A stretch of 64,000 bases of DNA from a virus: positions 63,872 to 127,871 of IMG/VR virus record IMGVR_UViG_3300008262_000014; one strand, 5' to 3'. Shown here piece after piece: positions 58,709 through 64,000 of the stretch (position 1 is its first letter; every line of letters starts with the position of its first letter). The position numbers and the translations under genes were made by a program. Below the pieces are notes generated by a model. It did no database searches and was not told the origin of the DNA. It was given only the letters and a program-made list of their open reading frames with translations.

Positions 58709-59575
58709 TTACAAAAGTTCTTTTATTTTATTTTCATTTAATATTTCATTTAATATATTGACATTAGATTCTACCGTTCCATTTTCTTTAAACCATTTAT
58801 ACCCATTTTCAGATATAAAAGTTAACAATTCAATATCATCTTTAATTGAATTAAATTTATCTAAAATTATTTCTGTTTGTATTTTTGGATTTGAATTATA
58901 TTCAAAAGAAATATAATGATAATCTGGCACTAAATCATTATGAAATTTTTGGGATAATAAAGGACGTAATAATACTGATCTTGAACTTAAGATCTCCATG
59001 TCGCGATTACAAATTTCGGCGGCACCATTTAAAGATAAATTAATCCTATTGTTTGTTAATTCGTTGAAATAATTCTCTATTGGAAAATTTTTTTTATCTG
59101 TAATATTTAAAATACCATGATTTTTTAGATTTAATCTATCACCATACAAATATCCTCTAAACATCAAATCATTATTTTCTTTTTCTGACATATGTTTTGC
59201 CGTGTTATGTATTTCATCAAATATTAAATCATAACACAAATAAGAAGAAGGTATATTATCTATATTGTATTTATTACCACAAGAAGATATTATCCCTTTA
59301 CATAAATCAAATTTCCAACCATGTACTGAATACGTTAAATCTATCATATGGTCCCAATATGATATGACAAAATATTTTTCAGTATCTTTATTTTTTATTG
59401 TCATTAAATGTGGTGAATATATACCACCGGGTTCACCATTATATTTAGAACCAAATTCAATATAATCAAATTCAAAATAATTAAATTTTTCTTTTATTTT
59501 TTCATGTAACTTTTTAAAAACATGAAAAACAGACCACCTTGTGTGAGGATGTTGATATCCTATTTCTACTTTCAT
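58709..59575 (-). CDS. GT-B glycosyltransferase (exostosin/CgeB-like C-terminal domain)
   Basis: LMFRG...YFNEL...INLSLNGAAEICNRDMEI...LVPDYHYI...ISENGYKW. Confidence 0.65.
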   Translation of the reverse strand: MKVEIGYQHPHTRWSVFHVFKKLHEKIKEKFNYFEFDYIEFGSKYNGEPGGIYSPHLMTIKNKDTEKYFVISYWDHMIDLTYSVHGWKFDLCKGIISSCGNKYNIDNIPSSYLCYDLIFDEIHNTAKHMSEKENNDLMFRGYLYGDRLNLKNHGILNITDKKNFPIENYFNELTNNRINLSLNGAAEICNRDMEILSSRSVLLRPLLSQKFHNDLVPDYHYISFEYNSNPKIQTEIILDKFNSIKDDIELLTFISENGYKWFKENGTVESNVNILNEILNENKIKELL

Positions 59576-59576
59576 T

Positions 59577-60383
59577 TTATCTTTCTGTTGCGTGTTGTAC
59601 TAATGCTCTTGGACCTACTTTATAACCATTCGCGGTAAAAACTTTACCCCAAACAAAATGATGCCAACCAATATCAAATGGTTTAAATCCAGCAACTAAT
59701 GCGGAAACACCAATTTCAAACCCTTCCGCCCATGTACCATAAGAAAAATCTTTATTTACTAAATAATCATGAAACCATTTCCATTGATCTACCATTTTTC
59801 TTAATTTTTTGTCTCTATTTACAAAAATTAATAAATATTCTGCCGGCAATGATGCATCGTCCCATTCTGATTTTTGATTTTTATCTAAATCATAGTTATA
59901 TATTTTGTGCCAAAAAATACCATGATCTCTTTTATTTTTTTCATTATAATCCTTTATGAAGTCCCCCCAACGATAATCGGTTCTCGGACCAAAAAAGTCA
60001 TATCCTTGATCTAACTTTTCTTTAGTAAAATCTAATACCATATTTTCATCCCACCAATCAAAAGAATTATCACAATCTGTAAAAATTACTATTGTGTCGT
60101 CTAAATCCATAACAGGAATTAGAGATAGGTATCTCATATTAAAATTAAAATCATTACTCAATTTATTTTCACCAATAGGTATTCTGATTTTAACATCATC
60201 CCTATTCATTTTATTTATCTTAATTCTTTCATTGTCACCAAATTTTTCTTTAATTATATCTTCACAGTCTGTTGTGATATAAAAGTCTATATTACTAAGT
60301 CTCAATACATCTTCTATCATCCTACATGTATAGTCTTTTGTATAATTTTTACCAAAACTTAAAGTTGTTAATGCAATTTTCAT
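59577..60383 (-). CDS. Putative GT-A glycosyltransferase
   Basis: MKIALTTLSFGKNY, YITTD, IFTDCD (DxD motif); cluster context. Confidence 0.55.
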   Translation of the reverse strand: MKIALTTLSFGKNYTKDYTCRMIEDVLRLSNIDFYITTDCEDIIKEKFGDNERIKINKMNRDDVKIRIPIGENKLSNDFNFNMRYLSLIPVMDLDDTIVIFTDCDNSFDWWDENMVLDFTKEKLDQGYDFFGPRTDYRWGDFIKDYNEKNKRDHGIFWHKIYNYDLDKNQKSEWDDASLPAEYLLIFVNRDKKLRKMVDQWKWFHDYLVNKDFSYGTWAEGFEIGVSALVAGFKPFDIGWHHFVWGKVFTANGYKVGPRALVQHATER

Positions 60384-60931
60384 AATTGTTTTTTCTTTTT
60401 AAATGCACAATAATAATATGTTTTATCACCCACGTCAATTCTTTTTTTGTAGTTAAAATTTTTATATTCAATTAATTCTAACATTGGATAAAATGTTGAC
60501 ATAATTTCATCATCTAAATCTGGTTGTAAGTGTATTTCGTATTTGTTTCCAAATACTTCATTTTGGGGTAAATAATAAGGAACTACGACTATTAATTCAT
60601 TACATTTATCTTTTAATTTATGTAATAACTTTATTCCGTCCTCTCTAGATAAATGTTCTAATATATCTCCCATGATTATTATATCATAATGATCAAAATT
60701 AAAATCTAATATATTAATATTGAATACATTATCATACATTTTTTCTAAATCATATTCTTTTATGTATGGTTCCCATATTTCAACCGCATCAAACTTTTTA
60801 AAATGATGATTTAATAATTTATAATAAAAACCATGACCACAACCAATATCTAATATTGAACAAGAGTCATCATAGTTTTCACATAAGTATTCTTTAATTT
60901 CTGTGGATAAGTATCCCCAATTTCCTGGCAT
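60380..60931 (-). CDS. Class I SAM-dependent methyltransferase
   Basis: ILDIGCGHG, AVEIW, YDIIIMGDILEHL. Confidence 0.85.
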   Translation of the reverse strand: MPGNWGYLSTEIKEYLCENYDDSCSILDIGCGHGFYYKLLNHHFKKFDAVEIWEPYIKEYDLEKMYDNVFNINILDFNFDHYDIIIMGDILEHLSREDGIKLLHKLKDKCNELIVVVPYYLPQNEVFGNKYEIHLQPDLDDEIMSTFYPMLELIEYKNFNYKKRIDVGDKTYYYCAFKKKKQL

Positions 60932-60938
60932 ATAATTA

Positions 60939-62192
60939 TTAATTTAATTGTCCTGTTATCCTTTCACACCAACCTTTTGATTCACTATGTGGCCAAACAA
61001 CCCAATATTTTGGTTTATGTGAAGTCTGAAATTCCCTCCAAATTTTACAATATTTATCAGGATCATTTAACATTCTATTTATTTCAGATTTATCGGCATC
61101 TTTTCTAAATATTGTTTCGTCTTTGTCATTGTGAAATGCCACTACCCAAAAATCGTAATCTTTTTCAGGAACCTGATTGTAATTTATATCTATACAATGT
61201 TTAAATATTTTTGCAAAACTTTTCTTCCAATCTTCTTCATTATCAAATTCGTATGGGTTTGGTGGATATTTTTTATCTAATGTGTGTTGTTGTACTGATC
61301 TTTCACTAAATAATAATCCGGTATACTTTTCATAATCTCTTAATGTTCTTTCATTACCAAACCCATATATTCCAAATTCTTCCGAATTAAAAATTTCACC
61401 ATCCATACCAAACAATCTTCTGTTTTTTAGATGGGACCTTTTATTTTTATCTACCCAAGACCTATCATCATCCCATTGTTTTGTTCTACCCTTTCTTGTA
61501 TATTCGTGCCAAATAACAACTCTATGTGGGTGAAATAAATCATATCCATGTGTATATGCCCTTGCGGCAATTGATATTTCCTCACCGTGAAAATAAAATT
61601 CAGGATCATGTTGAACTTCTTTAGAAAACGAACCCAAAGTAAAACAAAAATGTGCAGAATAAAATCTAGCAGGTATCGGTTCATTTAAATCTCTCCAACC
61701 AGGAATTGTTTCAGGTAAAAAAAACACCGCTCCCTCTGGTATAAACCTATCAAAAACCATTCTCCAAGGATCTTTAACTCTACCATTTGGGTCATTATCT
61801 GGATCAAATGATGATACATATCCTGTTAATAGTGGTTTTTTATGTCCTTTATCCTGTAATTGTTTAATCATTCCGATTAACATCTCATCCCAGTCTTTTT
61901 CAAAACGCATATGGGAATCTATTTGTAATGTATACTCTTCCCCATCATATTGTTGTTGTGTTAAATTTCTAGCCCAACAAACACCTTTTGATTCTGTATA
62001 CGGAATATCAATTACTTTAAATCTTTCATCTGTTTTAAATTCAGATAGATCGTCAAAATTATCGTCTACATGGTATTGTCTCGCAATACTTAAACGTAAA
62101 TTTTCAGGAAATTTTGAATTTTCCAACATGTTTTTTATTGTTGGAATTAATTGAGGGTCTCTGTAGGATGCAATTTGCACAAAAATTCTCAT
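60939..62192 (-). CDS. GT60-like polypeptide/hydroxyproline alpha-N-acetylglucosaminyltransferase (Gnt1/OGNT-like)
   Basis: IFVQIASYRDP, SKGVCWAR, LQIDSHMRF..DWD, FHGEEISIAARAYTHGYDLFHP, WHEYTR, GNERTLRDYE. Confidence 0.85.
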   Translation of the reverse strand: MRIFVQIASYRDPQLIPTIKNMLENSKFPENLRLSIARQYHVDDNFDDLSEFKTDERFKVIDIPYTESKGVCWARNLTQQQYDGEEYTLQIDSHMRFEKDWDEMLIGMIKQLQDKGHKKPLLTGYVSSFDPDNDPNGRVKDPWRMVFDRFIPEGAVFFLPETIPGWRDLNEPIPARFYSAHFCFTLGSFSKEVQHDPEFYFHGEEISIAARAYTHGYDLFHPHRVVIWHEYTRKGRTKQWDDDRSWVDKNKRSHLKNRRLFGMDGEIFNSEEFGIYGFGNERTLRDYEKYTGLLFSERSVQQHTLDKKYPPNPYEFDNEEDWKKSFAKIFKHCIDINYNQVPEKDYDFWVVAFHNDKDETIFRKDADKSEINRMLNDPDKYCKIWREFQTSHKPKYWVVWPHSESKGWCERITGQLN

Positions 62193-62247
62193 ATCTTTTT
62201 TTCAAAAAATACGAGAATTTAAATAATTGTGAATATTAAATTATAAT

Positions 62248-62850
62248 TTATATTGCCAATTTTTTGATAAATAACCTTGTTGGTGAATCATTGGTTGACG
62301 ATGGGAATGGTGTGTTTGTTGAAGGATTTATAGATACGGTATAAAATGTTGGTGTCGTTACTTGAATAATTATATTTCCATATATTATTTGATCCGCAGT
62401 TGTTTCAGCACTTTTAAAGTCTGAAATCATCGTACCTACTGTCATTGAACCATTTGATGTGGTTGAACTGTTTAATCTAACTGTCACATCAATATTGTTG
62501 AATAAATCGAAAATATGTACACTTGAGATTATTTCATAATACCCCGGTTCTTTAAAGTGTATTCTAGCTCCGGTATTACCCGTTTGACCCGAGTTTACCA
62601 ATTCAAAAATACCAGTATTACTATTAAAAATGGTTGTATTCCATCTTGGATAATTTTCGGTTGCGTTTGTTAAGTTTGCGTAGCCAGACCCAGCAATATT
62701 CTCCCAAGAAAATGCGGCGGCCCCACTATCTAAGAAAACAGATTTAGTAACTTTGAAAGTTTCAGTTTCTCCACTATTATTCATTATTACATAAGAACCT
62801 GTTGTGTCTCCTGTAAATAAAGGTAATTGACTTATTTTAGTATTAGCCAT
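62248..62850 (-). CDS. Putative virion/fiber protein with C1q/TNF-like C-terminal domain
   Basis: N-terminal KISQLP motif typical of fiber-associated proteins; IHFKEPGYYEIISSV. Confidence 0.55.
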   Translation of the reverse strand: MANTKISQLPLFTGDTTGSYVIMNNSGETETFKVTKSVFLDSGAAAFSWENIAGSGYANLTNATENYPRWNTTIFNSNTGIFELVNSGQTGNTGARIHFKEPGYYEIISSVHIFDLFNNIDVTVRLNSSTTSNGSMTVGTMISDFKSAETTADQIIYGNIIIQVTTPTFYTVSINPSTNTPFPSSTNDSPTRLFIKKLAI

Positions 62851-62929
62851 GATCTTTTTTATTTATAAATATGTCGTTATTATGTTTTTTATTAAATATA
62901 TATTATTTTGATTTAAAAATAAACAAATT

Positions 62930-64000
62930 TTAATCTATAGTTCCCACCTGCCAAAAAGTTTTCCCCGATAAAATAATTTTTTCATCAGAACTTTTACCCA
63001 AAACAATATGTGTTTCAGTTACACCCGTATTTGAATAGTTTACGGTTTGACCTGTCCACGGTGATATATTTATGGAATCTGCAACATCATCTATTCTATT
63101 TGCGTAACCATAATACGTTACACCACTAAGTAATCCTCCCGCAAAAACTAAACCGACAATTTTTCTTGTTCCCGAGAAATCTGCAACAAGAGCAGATCCA
63201 GAATCTCCACCATTTATTGGGAATGCACATATGGTACCGTTTGGTGTAGTACTTGCACTCGCAACAAATTGTATACACCTACCAAATTGTATTGTTGTAT
63301 TATTTCCTTGTTTTAGATAGTTAATATTTATTGTTACGGGGTATGAATTTGTTAATAACTTCATTTCACCCTCACCTTTAGATCCTGTTGTTCTTCCTGC
63401 ACTAAATAAATTATTTTTATTTGTTAACAAACCATCTATTTCAGATGAACTCGCAAACTCTAATGGTTGAGTCCATCCTGTCACACCCTCCATTAAATAA
63501 GATGTGTTCACATCTATATCGGATGAATTAATTGTTGTTAATGCAACGTCCGCGTAATTTAATGTACCACCAGAAATTGTTTTGTATTTTTTTACAATAC
63601 CAATTGAATTATTTAGACCGGAATTACCGACCTCATTTGGTTGTGTTACAAAATCATTAAGTATTGATGATATTGATCCTGTAGAACTTTTTTGTACATT
63701 TATAAATGCATCGGAAACTAAAACATGGTTATTTGATACCCCAACTAATGAATTAGTATCGTTATCTACCGCTAAAAATCCTAGTGTACCTACAAATCCA
63801 CTTAAATCACTATAATTTGTAACTGATATACCACATTTAAGTGGTCTTATTTTATTTCTATTAGATGGTGCTATAACTTGCCAATCATAAAAATCAACAG
63901 GACAATTTAATGGTTTTATTTCTAATTCAACCACATCTGTTTTAAATGTTTCTCCCGAATAAGTTATTGTGTTAGGGATTATATCTTTTTCGTCTATTTG
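62930..64000 (-). CDS. Trypsin-like (S1/Nal1-type) serine protease; 5' end lies beyond the window
   Basis: GTLG, SNNHV (His), ADVAL (Asp), GRTTG, GGDSGS (Ser); frame open to the window end (QIDEKDIIPNTITYSGETFKTDVVE...). Confidence 0.85.
   Translation of the reverse strand, partial: QIDEKDIIPNTITYSGETFKTDVVELEIKPLNCPVDFYDWQVIAPSNRNKIRPLKCGISVTNYSDLSGFVGTLGFLAVDNDTNSLVGVSNNHVLVSDAFINVQKSSTGSISSILNDFVTQPNEVGNSGLNNSIGIVKKYKTISGGTLNYADVALTTINSSDIDVNTSYLMEGVTGWTQPLEFASSSEIDGLLTNKNNLFSAGRTTGSKGEGEMKLLTNSYPVTININYLKQGNNTTIQFGRCIQFVASASTTPNGTICAFPINGGDSGSALVADFSGTRKIVGLVFAGGLLSGVTYYGYANRIDDVADSINISPWTGQTVNYSNTGVTETHIVLGKSSDEKIILSGKTFWQVGTID

Noticed and set aside
17133-60910. Perfect DnaA boxes TTATCCACA at about 17133 and 60902 (reverse)
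   Set aside because: Isolated, inside coding sequence and expected by chance in AT-rich DNA; this also weakens the single box at 43461 when taken alone
2429-63815. Other short ORFs in the track nested within or antisense to long genes (e.g. 5809, 8874, 9746, 29545, 43687, 52646, 56816)
   Set aside because: Fully overlap well-supported genes and show no recognisable motifs
1-64000. Stop-codon reassignment, tRNA genes, integrase, reverse transcriptase/DGR
   Set aside because: Genes are full-length and densely packed in the standard code, with TAG and TGA used as stops; no cloverleaf, recombinase or RT motifs were noticed by eye

Overview
AT-rich segment of a large (jumbo-type) tailed dsDNA phage with a contractile tail, read with the standard code and almost entirely on the minus strand. 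The A/T-rich, Shine-Dalgarno-less start regions suggest a Bacteroidota-like host (inference). Layout from left to right: (1) Thr/Pro-rich and very large virion/baseplate proteins plus gp6-like and gp25-like wedge genes (1-20300); (2) a replication block with class II ribonucleotide reductase, DnaB/gp41 helicase, 5'-3' exonuclease, RecA/UvsX, gp32-like SSB and a Dps-like protein (20447-29115); (3) baseplate hub, tape measure, tail assembly chaperone, tube, sheath, tail terminator and neck genes, an SNF2 helicase and a family B DNA polymerase (29112-54423); (4) a six-gene glycosyltransferase/methyltransferase cluster, a C1q-like virion protein and a trypsin-like protease (54948-64000). The strongest leads are: a candidate phage-encoded protein O-glycosylation system (a GT60-type initiating GlcNAc transferase, extending GTs and O-methyltransferases, mucin-like Thr/Pro tracts, and a recurring [ST]-G-x-[TS] motif in virion proteins); a near-consensus bacterial parS palindrome next to a DnaA-box match between the sheath and tube genes; a probable programmed frameshift in the tail chaperone; a degenerate Hint domain inside a 2199-aa virion protein; a TATTTAT late-promoter motif; an unannotated ribbon-helix-helix regulator with operator-like repeats; and a candidate pseudoknotted RNA. 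All family calls come from motif recognition by eye, not from database searches.
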